A DNA stretch of 64,000 nt from Patescibacteria group bacterium (GTDB taxonomy: Bacteria; Patescibacteriota; Microgenomatia; JAMCZE01): NCBI GenBank assembly GCA_023380635.1, contig JAMCRP010000002.1:42458-106457 (forward strand), read 5' to 3'. The translations under genes were made by a program, and so were the position numbers. Positions 37,150-46,247 of the stretch are shown one piece after another. Each line of letters starts with the position of its first letter. Within the stretch, counting starts at the first letter, position 1. The notes beneath the pieces were generated by a model. It had not been told where the DNA came from. It saw only the letters and a program-made list of their open reading frames with translations, and searched no databases.

Positions 37150-37191
37150 AAAAAGGAGGCGGTTCTTTGGTTGCTCGGTATGGGTAAGTAA
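37150..37191 (+). pseudogene. Orphan duplicate of the HTH gene 3' end
   Basis: Encodes KKEAVLWLLGMGK*, identical to 37047-37088, with 7 synonymous codon differences. Confidence 0.75.
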
Positions 37192-37210
37192 AACCTGCTA
37201 CTATAAATTA

Positions 37211-37813
37211 GTGGCAAAAGCTGGTTTCGAATATCTTCTTGCCTACAAAATCACGGTGCCGATCTACGATTACACTGTGGCTTTCTGCAATTGTTACCCG
37301 CCGTTAGCTCCTAATCATCCTAATTTCTCCAATTTTTCCTATCCTCGTCTCTCTTCAACCCGAACCTATGACCAAATGATTCAGTCGGCACGGTCGGGGA
37401 TGACTAATTTGGCTGAAGGTCATCAGCAGCAAAGCCTTGAAGGCTATATTAAACTTTCAGGAGTTAACAGAGCCTCATTAGAAGAACTTTTAAAAGATTA
37501 TTTAGCTTTTGCCAGACAGAACCATCTAGAGGTCTGGCCAAAAGAGAGATCAAGAAGAGAAATTCGAGAAATTGGAGAAATATGGGGAATCTTAACAAGA
37601 ACTTCGACACTGCCGGACAACCCAAATTTTCCGCCGCTTCCAAACGACCCAACCAAAGCGGCGAATTTTATGATTACTCTGATTAATCAAGCCAATTACC
37701 TGCAGGATCGTTTGAATCTTGCTTTAGAAGACAAATTTGTTAAGGAAGGCGGTTTTCGGGAGAATCTTTTCAAAAAACGGATGGCTTACCGCAATAAAAA
37801 AAGTCCCGCTTAA
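37211..37813 (+). CDS. Four helix bundle protein with suffix domain; internal 9-nt repeats
   Basis: RTYDQMIQSARSG..N.AEG, RASLEELL.DY, AANFMITLINQANYL, EGGFRENL; inverted 9-mer tracts at 37309-37344 and 37557-37591. Confidence 0.85.
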   Translation: MAKAGFEYLLAYKITVPIYDYTVAFCNCYPPLAPNHPNFSNFSYPRLSSTRTYDQMIQSARSGMTNLAEGHQQQSLEGYIKLSGVNRASLEELLKDYLAFARQNHLEVWPKERSRREIREIGEIWGILTRTSTLPDNPNFPPLPNDPTKAANFMITLINQANYLQDRLNLALEDKFVKEGGFRENLFKKRMAYRNKKSPA

Positions 37814-37826
37814 GCGGGACTTTCTC
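37796..37826. terminator. Bidirectional terminator, followed by a 9-nt repeat at 37822-37860
   Basis: Perfect palindrome AAAGTCCCGCTTAAGCGGGACTTT. Confidence 0.75.
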
Positions 37827-37853
37827 TAATTACTCTTATTGCTCTAATTGCTC

Positions 37854-38237
37854 TTATTTCAATTCTGCAGTGGCTCCGGCAGCCTCCAGTTTTTTCTTAG
37901 CTTCTTCTGCAGTGGCTTTGTTCACTCCTTCGACGACATTCTTGGGAGCGGATTCCACCAAAGTCTTCGCTTCAGCCAGGCCCAGGGTCGGGACGACTTC
38001 GCGAACGGCTTTAATGACGGAAATCTTGTTGGCACCGGCGTTAGTCAGAACAACATTGAAAGTTGTCTGTTCCTCAGCGGGACCCGCCTCCGCTGAAGCT
38101 CCGGCGGGCGAAGCCGCTACTGAAACCGCGGCAGCGCTCACACCAAACTTTTCCTCGAGAGCTTTGACGAGCTCAGCCACCTCGAGAACAGTCATTTTTT
38201 CGACTTCGTCAACGATTTTTTGAGTTTTATCAGACAT
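37854..38237 (-). CDS. rplL: 50S ribosomal protein L7/L12
   Basis: [26 protein letters not shown]; SD GGAGGTG. Confidence 0.98.
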   Translation of the reverse strand: MSDKTQKIVDEVEKMTVLEVAELVKALEEKFGVSAAAVSVAASPAGASAEAGPAEEQTTFNVVLTNAGANKISVIKAVREVVPTLGLAEAKTLVESAPKNVVEGVNKATAEEAKKKLEAAGATAELK

Positions 38238-38254
38238 TTATAGTCACCTCCAGG

Positions 38255-38318
38255 AAAATTTGAAATTTACAATTTTAAATTTGAAAATTCAATTCAAATT
38301 TCGAATTTCAAATTGAGA
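38255..38318. repeat. Empty TTTGAAA/TTTCAAA inverted arms between rplJ and rplL
   Basis: AATTTGA AATTTAC AATTTTA AATTTGA ... TTCAAAT TTCGAAT TTCAAAT T. Confidence 0.85.
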
Positions 38319-38319
38319 A

Positions 38320-38784
38320 TTATTTTTTAACTTGTGTCAGTAAGTATGCTAGTTTCTGAGTATTCGCGTTAAGAGTAAACATGAGCTGGGCGATTAAGCC
38401 TTCTTTTGACGGCAAACTGGCGATCCGGGTAGTTTCAGCCGCGTCATATTCAGTCCCGCCCAAAACGCTCATTTTGACCGCCGGTTTGGAATTAGTTTTA
38501 ATAAATTTGACCAATTCCCGAAGCGGAGCAAATTCGTCTTCATAAGCTAACAGGACAGCAGTCGGGCCGACGCTGGTGACTGGTTTCTGGTTTCTGGTAG
38601 AGGCAATGTTTAGCAGGCTGTTTTTGACCACAACATATTCCGCGCCGGCTTTTTTGACGCTTTTGTGCAGGTCTTCCATCTGTTTGTGGGTGAGACCCTG
38701 ATAGTCGGTTAAAACCAGGCCCTTGGCTTTTTTGAGCTTTTCTTCCAGTTTTCCGACGGTTTCGATGTTTTTAGCTTTAGGCAT
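38320..38784 (-). CDS. rplJ: 50S ribosomal protein L10
   Basis: TDYQGLT, VVKNSLL, ASLPSKE.L; in-frame 7-mer x4 at 38573-38600. Confidence 0.95.
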   Translation of the reverse strand: MPKAKNIETVGKLEEKLKKAKGLVLTDYQGLTHKQMEDLHKSVKKAGAEYVVVKNSLLNIASTRNQKPVTSVGPTAVLLAYEDEFAPLRELVKFIKTNSKPAVKMSVLGGTEYDAAETTRIASLPSKEGLIAQLMFTLNANTQKLAYLLTQVKK

Positions 38785-38890
38785 TAAAAAACTCGGTCAA
38801 AGACCGAGCGAAACTTAAGTAACTTAAAATTCTTAAGAAACTTATGATGCTCCTGGGTGGGTCTTAGCTTTGTGCCCACTGTCTTTGGAA
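38785..38890 (-). ncRNA. L10 leader-like autoregulatory RNA with attenuator hairpin
   Basis: CCAAAGACAGTGGG..CCCACCCAGG, then CTCGGTC-TTT-GACCGAG-T6 just before the rplJ ATG; TTGACG/TATAAT promoter upstream; 9-mer repeat at 38811-38846. Confidence 0.7.
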
Positions 38891-38931
38891 CTGATACTAT
38901 TATATAGGTTCTGCCTCCGGTTCGTCAATAA

Positions 38932-39759
38932 CTAAACGGCCACTTTCACTGCCGGACCCATGGTGGGTTTGACGAAGGCGGTTTTAATTTTGTCTTTGCC
39001 GACGGCTTTAGTCAGGGCGGCAAAGTTGTCCTCGAGCTTTTTGGGTTCGAAAGAGACCTTACCGATAATCGTATGGATAATCGGGAAGTCAGCTTCGGTT
39101 TTCCAGTTAATCTGGCCCTTGGACAAAGTTTCCACTAATTTTTCCGGATTTTCGCCTATCGTGCCGGTTTTGGGGTTGGGCATCAAACCTTTTGGTCCCA
39201 GGATCTTGGCCACTCGGGCCAATTTGGGCATCATGCTCGGATGGGCCACCAAAATATCAAAATCGATCGAACCGCCCTTAGATAAATTCTCGATTAGGGC
39301 GTCATCAGCAACTTTTACTTTGATTTGTTTGCCGGTGCCGTGGGGCAAAGCCACCATCCCGCGCAGGCCCTTTTCGGTGACATTAAGATGCAATTCTACT
39401 GTGCCGTCGAACTTCGAATAAGAAGTTTTCTTGACTAAATCGAGAGCCTCTTTAAGAGAGTAAACCTTTTTCTTGTCAACTAAACCCCGAACTTCGAGAT
39501 ATTTTTTACCTCGGATATTCTTGACGGCGGAAAGCGGATTTTTTTGATCTTGATGTTTTAATGTCTTGATCTCTTGATCTGATTTTTCTGCTTTCAAGGG
39601 TTCCTGGTCAAGAGTTCTGTCTTCTGTCTTCAAAACATCCTTTTTAGGAACTTTGGCAGCTTTCTCGGCTTTTTTTTGAGCGCGTTTGGCTTCCGCCTTT
39701 TTGCGGGCGGCTTCTTCAGCTTCAATATCTCCCATGATGGCGGTTTTTACTTTACCCAT
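38932..39759 (-). CDS. rplA: 50S ribosomal protein L1 with N-terminal extension
   Basis: KFDGTVELH, LPHGTGK, LGPKGLMPNPKTGT, TMGP. Confidence 0.97.
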   Translation of the reverse strand: MGKVKTAIMGDIEAEEAARKKAEAKRAQKKAEKAAKVPKKDVLKTEDRTLDQEPLKAEKSDQEIKTLKHQDQKNPLSAVKNIRGKKYLEVRGLVDKKKVYSLKEALDLVKKTSYSKFDGTVELHLNVTEKGLRGMVALPHGTGKQIKVKVADDALIENLSKGGSIDFDILVAHPSMMPKLARVAKILGPKGLMPNPKTGTIGENPEKLVETLSKGQINWKTEADFPIIHTIIGKVSFEPKKLEDNFAALTKAVGKDKIKTAFVKPTMGPAVKVAV

Positions 39760-39760
39760 A

Positions 39761-40183
39761 TTATTCGTTTTTAATACCCATACTGCGGGCGGTGCCTTGG
39801 ACTATTTTAGTGGCGGCATCGACATCGGTGGTATTCAAATCTTCCAGTTTGGTTTCCGCGATTTTACGGGCCTGGGCGGCAGTTAGGGTTCCGGCAGACT
39901 CTCTTCCGGCAAAGCCTGCGCCATGCTCGAGTTTGAGCTCTTTCTTGATAAGTTCTGAAACGGGGGGAAGCTTGGTGATAAATGAGAAAGTTCTATCCTC
40001 AAAAACCGTGATAACAGCAGGAATAACCTGGCCTTTCTTGTCCGCGGTTTTTTCATTGTAGGCCCGGACAAAGTCCATAATCGGCAGACCGTGCTGACCA
40101 AGAGCGGGACCAACCGGCGGAGCAGGAGTTGCTTCGCCCGCGGGAAGATTTAACTTAATAACGGTTTTAATCTTTTTAGCCAT
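39761..40183 (-). CDS. rplK: 50S ribosomal protein L11
   Basis: AGEATPAPPVGPALGQHG, GTARSMG. Confidence 0.98.
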   Translation of the reverse strand: MAKKIKTVIKLNLPAGEATPAPPVGPALGQHGLPIMDFVRAYNEKTADKKGQVIPAVITVFEDRTFSFITKLPPVSELIKKELKLEHGAGFAGRESAGTLTAAQARKIAETKLEDLNTTDVDAATKIVQGTARSMGIKNE

Positions 40184-40274
40184 ACGCTTTTTCAAGCTCC
40201 CACCCAGCCAAATGCTGCTTGGTAAGTTAATTTTATCTGATATCGGTAAGAAAGTAAAGTCGCAGTAGTCGAGT

Positions 40275-40556
40275 CTACTCCTGAGATTTGGCGGGTCCGG
40301 AGTAAAGTGACGGCATCGGGGCCTTTAGGCTATTAGCATCGGGCCGGCGCTCCGGTACGACTTGCTGACCGAAAAAGTTCAACCGGCCTTTTGTGGGGGC
40401 ACGCAGATTGGTCAGGGTTTCCTGGCTAATTTCATCATCGGGGGAAGCCGGGATGGGCTTGGGATCACCGGTCGGAACGGCAGGAAGCTGGTTATTCCTA
40501 ACCATGACCGGAATTATTAATCCGAAAATATCAGCAAATTCTTTGGTCTTGGCCAT
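40275..40556 (-). CDS. Hypothetical protein
   Basis: 93-aa ORF between nusG and rplK. Confidence 0.45.
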   Translation of the reverse strand: MAKTKEFADIFGLIIPVMVRNNQLPAVPTGDPKPIPASPDDEISQETLTNLRAPTKGRLNFFGQQVVPERRPDANSLKAPMPSLYSGPAKSQE

Positions 40557-40636
40557 ACTCTTTAAAGCTTCCGGCTAGGCCCGGTAGATTTCGGGTAAAA
40601 TGGTAGATGAACTATACTAATTTTCATTAAAATCTT

Positions 40637-40861
40637 CTATTCGCAAGTCGATCTGGCCTGAGAATGCCTGGCACTATCGACACCTTCCCAAGGGTAGGGT
40701 CCGTGGTTATTAGATCTTTTTGTGACCCAATGCCTGGTCTCTCTTGGCTTATCCCGGCGTATTTGAATTTCCAGTCTGACCTCATCTTCGTCGCTTAGCG
40801 GTTCAAGACCTTCTAATAACTGATCAATACCGGCATCATGAGTAATTTCTGATTTGGTCAT
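40637..40861 (-). CDS. Hypothetical protein (74 aa)
   Basis: ATG 4 nt after the nusG stop (MTKSEITHDAG...). Confidence 0.45.
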   Translation of the reverse strand: MTKSEITHDAGIDQLLEGLEPLSDEDEVRLEIQIRRDKPRETRHWVTKRSNNHGPYPWEGVDSARHSQARSTCE

Positions 40862-40865
40862 ATTT

Positions 40866-41423
40866 TTAAAGCTTGCTAACCTGGAGGAAATCGAGCTCAA
40901 CCGGAGTTTCCCGGCCAAAGATGCTGACCAGGACTTTGATCTTGCCGCGGGCTTCATCAACAGATTCCACACTGCCCAGGAAGTCGGCAAACGGCCCGTC
41001 AACAATCTTGACAGCTTCACCGACAGAGATACTGGTCTTGAACTTTGGCGCGGCCAGCTGCGAGAATTTGGTAATGGCGTCAACTTCTTTGGGAGATAGA
41101 GGGGTCGGACGGTTGCCGATACCCACAAAAGAAGTAACTCCGGGAGTAGTGCGAACGATTAACCACGAGTCGTCGTCTAAAATCATTCTCACCAAAATAT
41201 ACCCCGGAAATATTTTCTCTTTTATTTCTTCTTTCTTGCCTCTTTTGACGGTGACAGTATCCCGGGTGGGAACGAGGACATCAAATACCCGGTTGGCGAT
41301 GTTCATCGCCTCCGAGCGCTGTTTAATCGCCGCGGCCACTTTGTTCTCATGGCCGGAGTAGGTATGCAGAACATACCACTTGGCGTTTTCCGGAACATTT
41401 TGCTGAGTTGTTTGATCGTCCAT
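40866..41423 (-). CDS. nusG: Transcription termination/antitermination factor NusG
   Basis: WYVLHTYSGHENKV, FPGYILV, DGPFADF, IFGRETPVEL. Confidence 0.98.
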   Translation of the reverse strand: MDDQTTQQNVPENAKWYVLHTYSGHENKVAAAIKQRSEAMNIANRVFDVLVPTRDTVTVKRGKKEEIKEKIFPGYILVRMILDDDSWLIVRTTPGVTSFVGIGNRPTPLSPKEVDAITKFSQLAAPKFKTSISVGEAVKIVDGPFADFLGSVESVDEARGKIKVLVSIFGRETPVELDFLQVSKL

Positions 41424-41437
41424 GTGATAAATCTAAT

Positions 41438-41656
41438 TTACTGTTTTAATAAAAGTTCTATCAGTCTGGTAAAAACATAATCCAAACCCCCAAGATACAC
41501 GCCGACTATTATAGAGACCCCAATAACGACCCCTGTCAGTCTGACCACTTCCGGTCGAGTTGGCCAAGCTACTTTGGCTAGTTCCGAGCGGACTTCTTTA
41601 ATAAAGACGACCGGATTTTTGCCAAAGTCCGGAGCCGTGATCGTAAAGTCTTTCAT
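41438..41656 (-). CDS. secE: Preprotein translocase SecE
   Basis: EVRSELAKVAWPTR.E plus TM. Confidence 0.95.
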   Translation of the reverse strand: MKDFTITAPDFGKNPVVFIKEVRSELAKVAWPTRPEVVRLTGVVIGVSIIVGVYLGGLDYVFTRLIELLLKQ

Positions 41657-41981
41657 GAAACTAGCTTAGCACAAAAAAGACATTGTAACTACAAAAAAAC
41701 AGTCTTCGCCGGACTGTCAAGGGGATTGTAGCAAACTTATCTATTCTTTGTAAAGGGGAAGCTTCAGCCTTATCTGCGGCTGGAGCAGCTTGATCCTTCA
41801 CAGGTCGGAAGTTCTGACTGCAGACTTAGGGGTTACAAGGCTATTTTTTAAAGAAAGGGTCGTTCTTATAAAGAATCGTTCTTGTAAAGAATTATTCTTT
41901 TTGTCCTTTGGTGTTTTTAGGTTTTTTGGGGCCGGACCAGCCCTTGCAATTGGCGCGGCTAATTTATTACACTGAATGTGT

Positions 41982-43241
41982 ATGCCCTTCGGGAAGAAGA
42001 AGCTTTTGGTGGTATTTCTGGAGAAAGATAATCTCAAACTCCTGTCTTATGAAGTTGGTGGGTTGAAGTCGGCGGCGACGCGGTTGTTTGCCGGCCAGAT
42101 TACCTTTTCTCCGGAAGTGCTAAGGGATGGGTTTATTGCTGATGCCGCCAAATTTTCCGGGCAAGTGAAGATGGCGTTTGCCCAGAAAGACCAGCTTCGC
42201 GACGCGGCAGAGGTTTTGCTTTTTGTCAGTCCGGACAAAGTTTTTACCAAGACCTTGCCGGCAGCCGATTCCGTTGACATTTTTATTCACGGCCTGCCAT
42301 ATTTTAAGGAAGAACTGGTTATCAACACGGAAGAGTCCAAGGTAAAAGGGAAGGGCGACAGAGTTACCTACACGGCTTTTGAGAAGAAGCTGGTAGAGGA
42401 TTTAGAGCGTCCGTTTCAGGAGCTGGGTAAAAAAATAATCGGGGTCAAAAGCCCGGCTAACGCTCTGGTAGAAAAGTTTCCTCAGGCGGGAAAATACCTC
42501 TTTTTAATTCCTCAGGAACGCGAAATAGTGATGGTGGCGGCGGAAAATGGAGAGATTTTGGATTTAGCGGTGGTCAAAAACGATGTTTTTGTGGCCCGGC
42601 TGGAAGAGTTCCGGGCGAATCATGATCTGGGAAACGCTCCAACCTATTCTGTTGGGGTCTTCCCATCGCACTTCAATTTGCAGACCGTTAATTTGGCCCA
42701 AACCGACATTTATGATCTCATTGTTAACTCATCTTCAACCACAAAAGCGGGTTTCGAGCTGCCGCTATTTTTAAATCGTCTGAACCCCCGTTATCTTTTC
42801 CTGATAGGAGCGGCAACTGTGGGTATTCTTTTAGTATTATTAATAGTCAAAAATCTCCACCGCCTGCCGGGTTTAGGCAGACCGGCCAAAACAGAAATTA
42901 CCTCGCCCGTGGCACCAACTCCACCCCCGCCGCCCGCGCCGGAGCCAAAGCCGGCTGATTATCCTGTGGAGATACTAAACGGAACCCTCATCACCGGCGA
43001 GGCCGGGAAGTTAGCAGACAAGCTTAAAGCTGAAGGCTTTGATATTACCGACACGAAAAATGCTACCTCGGCCGGGTTTGCGGCAACGCGCCTGCGGGCG
43101 ACCAAAGAGGTGCCGGATAAGATTTTGACCGAACTTAAAACAACTCTTCTGGAGACTTATGAATCTGTCACTGACGAGCTTCTGGCCACCCCTTCCGGTA
43201 AAGCTGACATCCAAATAATTATCGGGAAAAAGAAAACATAA
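41982..43241 (+). CDS. Membrane protein with C-terminal LytR_C-like domain
   Basis: TM, Pro linker, VEILNGT..GEAG.LA..L...GF, DIQIIIGK. Confidence 0.7.
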   Translation: MPFGKKKLLVVFLEKDNLKLLSYEVGGLKSAATRLFAGQITFSPEVLRDGFIADAAKFSGQVKMAFAQKDQLRDAAEVLLFVSPDKVFTKTLPAADSVDIFIHGLPYFKEELVINTEESKVKGKGDRVTYTAFEKKLVEDLERPFQELGKKIIGVKSPANALVEKFPQAGKYLFLIPQEREIVMVAAENGEILDLAVVKNDVFVARLEEFRANHDLGNAPTYSVGVFPSHFNLQTVNLAQTDIYDLIVNSSSTTKAGFELPLFLNRLNPRYLFLIGAATVGILLVLLIVKNLHRLPGLGRPAKTEITSPVAPTPPPPPAPEPKPADYPVEILNGTLITGEAGKLADKLKAEGFDITDTKNATSAGFAATRLRATKEVPDKILTELKTTLLETYESVTDELLATPSGKADIQIIIGKKKT

Positions 43242-43242
43242 A

Positions 43243-43315
43243 CTAATTGCTAAATTGTTTCATTGTTACATTGTTAAATTATTAGCAATGTAGCCATGTA
43301 GCAATATGACAATGG
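43243..43315. repeat. 8-nt-period inverted arms
   Basis: CTAAATTG TTTCATTG TTACATTG ... CAATGTAG CCATGTAG CAATATGA CAATGGAG. Confidence 0.8.
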
Positions 43316-44586
43316 AGGGATTGGCTAATAAAAAAATCTTAGCGGCAATAGCTATCAGCCTTATTTTGGTTGCGGGTTTGGTGGCGGGGGTTGTTCTGGT
43401 GAAGCGTCAGCAGGATATCCGGTCCAAAGCGGCGTCGGCCGGTTGTACTAATGCCCGCTGGCCGGCTGACCCGAATACTGCCTGTGGTAAAAGCACTCAG
43501 CAACCAGCCCAAAGTGCCACCGGAGTTTCCTTAACTCCGGACTTTGCTTGGGGTTATGGCGGCTATCGTCCTGAAGATAATGGGCAGTGTACCACGGATT
43601 TTGGTTGTTCCCACCAAAATTACGGCGTTTCTGTTTACCTATTTGAAGGTAACCAGGCGACGACAGCTTTTGCCCGGGCCGACAGTATGAATGTTCCCAT
43701 ACTGCCAACTTCAATGAGTTTTAGCAAGTTCAAAAAGTGCGACGGTTCGCCGTCTTGTCATACTGACGGCCAACCGGCTATCACCGCTTTAAAGGCCAAT
43801 ACCGTTTATACCTGGCGAGTAACGCCTTATTATGAAGATGCAAACGGACAATTAATTGTCCATGCGGAACAGACTTATAATTACAACTTTACTACCGGAG
43901 CTCCCCAACCGCCAAATTGCGTCAGTTTAACTACCACGGCTGATCTGACTAATTTGCAGGTTGGCAGTCAGTACACTTTCTCGCTGACAGCCAGCGGGAC
44001 AGTGACGGACGTTTCTTTGAGTGCTTATACCGGCAGCTGTCCTAGTTCGCCGCCGGAAATTGACAAGCAGTCAGCCAGTGCCGGAACTTATTCCTTAAAG
44101 TGGACGCCGACGGCGGCCGGAACGTACACCGTTTTTGGCCGGGTCTGGAATGACAGCCAGGTCGAATGCCGCGCCGACTGTGTTGACGGGCCGCCACGGA
44201 TTCTTTGTGATGGCGCATCTGCCTGCAAACTGACGGCGACGGTTAAAACTCCTCCGGTCCCGCCGGCAGTGACCGCCGCTTGCCAAAATGTCCAGGCTGA
44301 TAAGGATTTATCTACCCTCAAAGTCGGTGACACAGTTACTTTTACCGGTCGGGGAACGCTTACTAACAATCAGACAGCTGGCAGCGCCATTGACAAAATT
44401 AAATTTATTGTCCTTAAGGACGGAACGGAAGTTTTAAACACTGATGTAAATACGACTCAGGAAACAGGTGCTAATGATGTCGTTCAGACTTGGAAAGCGA
44501 GCCAAGCCTACACGATTACTGCTGCCGGAACTTACTCAGTTCGCATCAAAGTCCATTGGAATACACAAGATATTTGGCTCGAATAA
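43306..44586 (+). CDS. Membrane-anchored Cys-containing surface protein (Ig/Fn-like domains)
   Basis: N-terminal TM then QQDIRSKA; beta-rich Cys-paired domains. Confidence 0.7.
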   Translation: MTMEGLANKKILAAIAISLILVAGLVAGVVLVKRQQDIRSKAASAGCTNARWPADPNTACGKSTQQPAQSATGVSLTPDFAWGYGGYRPEDNGQCTTDFGCSHQNYGVSVYLFEGNQATTAFARADSMNVPILPTSMSFSKFKKCDGSPSCHTDGQPAITALKANTVYTWRVTPYYEDANGQLIVHAEQTYNYNFTTGAPQPPNCVSLTTTADLTNLQVGSQYTFSLTASGTVTDVSLSAYTGSCPSSPPEIDKQSASAGTYSLKWTPTAAGTYTVFGRVWNDSQVECRADCVDGPPRILCDGASACKLTATVKTPPVPPAVTAACQNVQADKDLSTLKVGDTVTFTGRGTLTNNQTAGSAIDKIKFIVLKDGTEVLNTDVNTTQETGANDVVQTWKASQAYTITAAGTYSVRIKVHWNTQDIWLE

Positions 44587-44598
44587 GACTTTGTCTTA

Positions 44599-45618
44599 AT
44601 GAACAATAAAGTTTCGTTTATCGCCGGAATTTTGATAACCGCTATTATTGCGGTCGGAGCGGTCCTGGCTATTACGATTGCTATTCGGACTAATACCACA
44701 GCCCCGGTTGCCCCAACTGTGCCACAGGCGAAACCCAAAGCAGCCGAGCCGACGACCCCCACAACAACCAGTGCCTGCAGCCTAAGTTTTACGGTCGCCG
44801 CTCTGCCGGTCACGCCGCTAAGTTGTGACTCGATTACGCTTAGCCCCAACGATTTAATAGCGACAGCAGCGGCTGCCAAGACCTTAACAGTTACCGGTAC
44901 CGGGAGTGGAACACTGACATATAGCTGGAGCGTGACCAGCAGCGGGACGAATGTGGGAACTCTTTCCTCGCCAACCAGCCAGACAACTACCTGGACGGCT
45001 CCGGCTACCCTTTCTGCTGACCAAACCTGGACGATTTCGGCGGGGGTAGGAGACAGCTCCGGCAAAGTCGCTGGCGGAGATAAATGTGTCGTAACTTTGA
45101 CTTATACAGCCCAGCCGAAACCGAGTCCGACCTGCAACACCTCCTGCACGAATTCTGCTGATTGTCCCAATGATCTGGCCTGTGTGGATGGTCGGTGCCG
45201 CAATGCCGCCTGTACCAACCAGTCAGATTGCCAATGCCCACCACCGCTTAAGACCTGTAACCAGTCCTGCGTTAAGACGGAGGAGTGCGGTAATGGCCTG
45301 ATCTGCGCCGGGGGAAATTGCCGTAATTCCGCTTGTATTACTGAGCCGAGTTGCTCCTGTCCGGCGCCAGCACCTGCCCCGACACCGGCGCCCGCGCCAG
45401 CACCTGCCCCAGTAGTGGTCGCAATGCATAAAACTTGCCAGAATAATGCCTGTGTCACTGTAAACGGAGCGGGAAGGAATACCTGCACTTCGGATGTCAG
45501 CTGTCAGCCGAAAGCTGCCCCACCGCCGATTCCTAAATCCGGTGTGGAACTGCCGACAATCGCGGCGATTGTGGGAGGAATAGGCTTGATTCTGCTGGGG
45601 TTGTTGGCCATCTTTTAA
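44599..45618 (+). CDS. Cys-rich repeat surface protein with IPKSG sorting-like signal
   Basis: CNxSC..C...L.C..G.CRN.AC x2, PA linker, IPKSG plus hydrophobic tail. Confidence 0.7.
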   Translation: MNNKVSFIAGILITAIIAVGAVLAITIAIRTNTTAPVAPTVPQAKPKAAEPTTPTTTSACSLSFTVAALPVTPLSCDSITLSPNDLIATAAAAKTLTVTGTGSGTLTYSWSVTSSGTNVGTLSSPTSQTTTWTAPATLSADQTWTISAGVGDSSGKVAGGDKCVVTLTYTAQPKPSPTCNTSCTNSADCPNDLACVDGRCRNAACTNQSDCQCPPPLKTCNQSCVKTEECGNGLICAGGNCRNSACITEPSCSCPAPAPAPTPAPAPAPAPVVVAMHKTCQNNACVTVNGAGRNTCTSDVSCQPKAAPPPIPKSGVELPTIAAIVGGIGLILLGLLAIF

Positions 45619-46241
45619 CTTTCTTTTGATAAAGCTTCCTGGTAGTTTTTTTCTGCCTGGGCCCAGTTGACCAGATACCACCAATTCTTCACATAATCCG
45701 TTCGCTTGTTCTGGTACTTCAGATAATATGCGTGTTCCCAGACATCCAGGCCGATAATGGGTGTGTGTCCGAGGGTAAGCGGCGAGTCCTGATTAGCGGT
45801 TTCGGTAATCATGATTCCTTCCGCAGTATTTACCAGCCAAGCGTAACCGGAACCAAAGTGTGAAGTAGCGACCTTGCTAAACCGTTCCTGGAAAGCGGTA
45901 AAACTGTCAAAGACTTTATCGATAGCGGCCGCTAATTTTCCGGTTGGCAGCGGCAGGACATCTTCATGGTTGGGAGCCATCACTTCCCAATATAATTCGT
46001 GATTAACCACGCCCCCGGCATTATTACGGATTTTGGTTTTAATGTCCGCCGGAATGTCTTCCAAATTTATTAATAAATCTTCAGGACTTTGGGCTTCCAG
46101 ATCAGGATAACTCGCCACGGCCTCGTTCAGGTTTTTAACATAAGTTGCCTGATGGCCGTCATGGTGGATCCGCACGGTTTTTTCGTCAATGTAGGGTTCC
46201 AGTGCGGCAAAATCATATGGCAGCGGTTTTAAGATATACAT
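45615..46241 (-). CDS. sodA: Fe/Mn superoxide dismutase
   Basis: LPYDFAALEPYI, HHD.H..YV, FGSGYAWL, DVWEHAYY. Confidence 0.93.
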   Translation of the reverse strand: MYILKPLPYDFAALEPYIDEKTVRIHHDGHQATYVKNLNEAVASYPDLEAQSPEDLLINLEDIPADIKTKIRNNAGGVVNHELYWEVMAPNHEDVLPLPTGKLAAAIDKVFDSFTAFQERFSKVATSHFGSGYAWLVNTAEGIMITETANQDSPLTLGHTPIIGLDVWEHAYYLKYQNKRTDYVKNWWYLVNWAQAEKNYQEALSKES

Positions 46242-46247
46242 ATTAAT

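Noticed and set aside
40637-41128. 163-aa ORF overlapping nusG
   Set aside because: The upstream part is an alternate frame of nusG; only the portion from ATG 40861 is plausible
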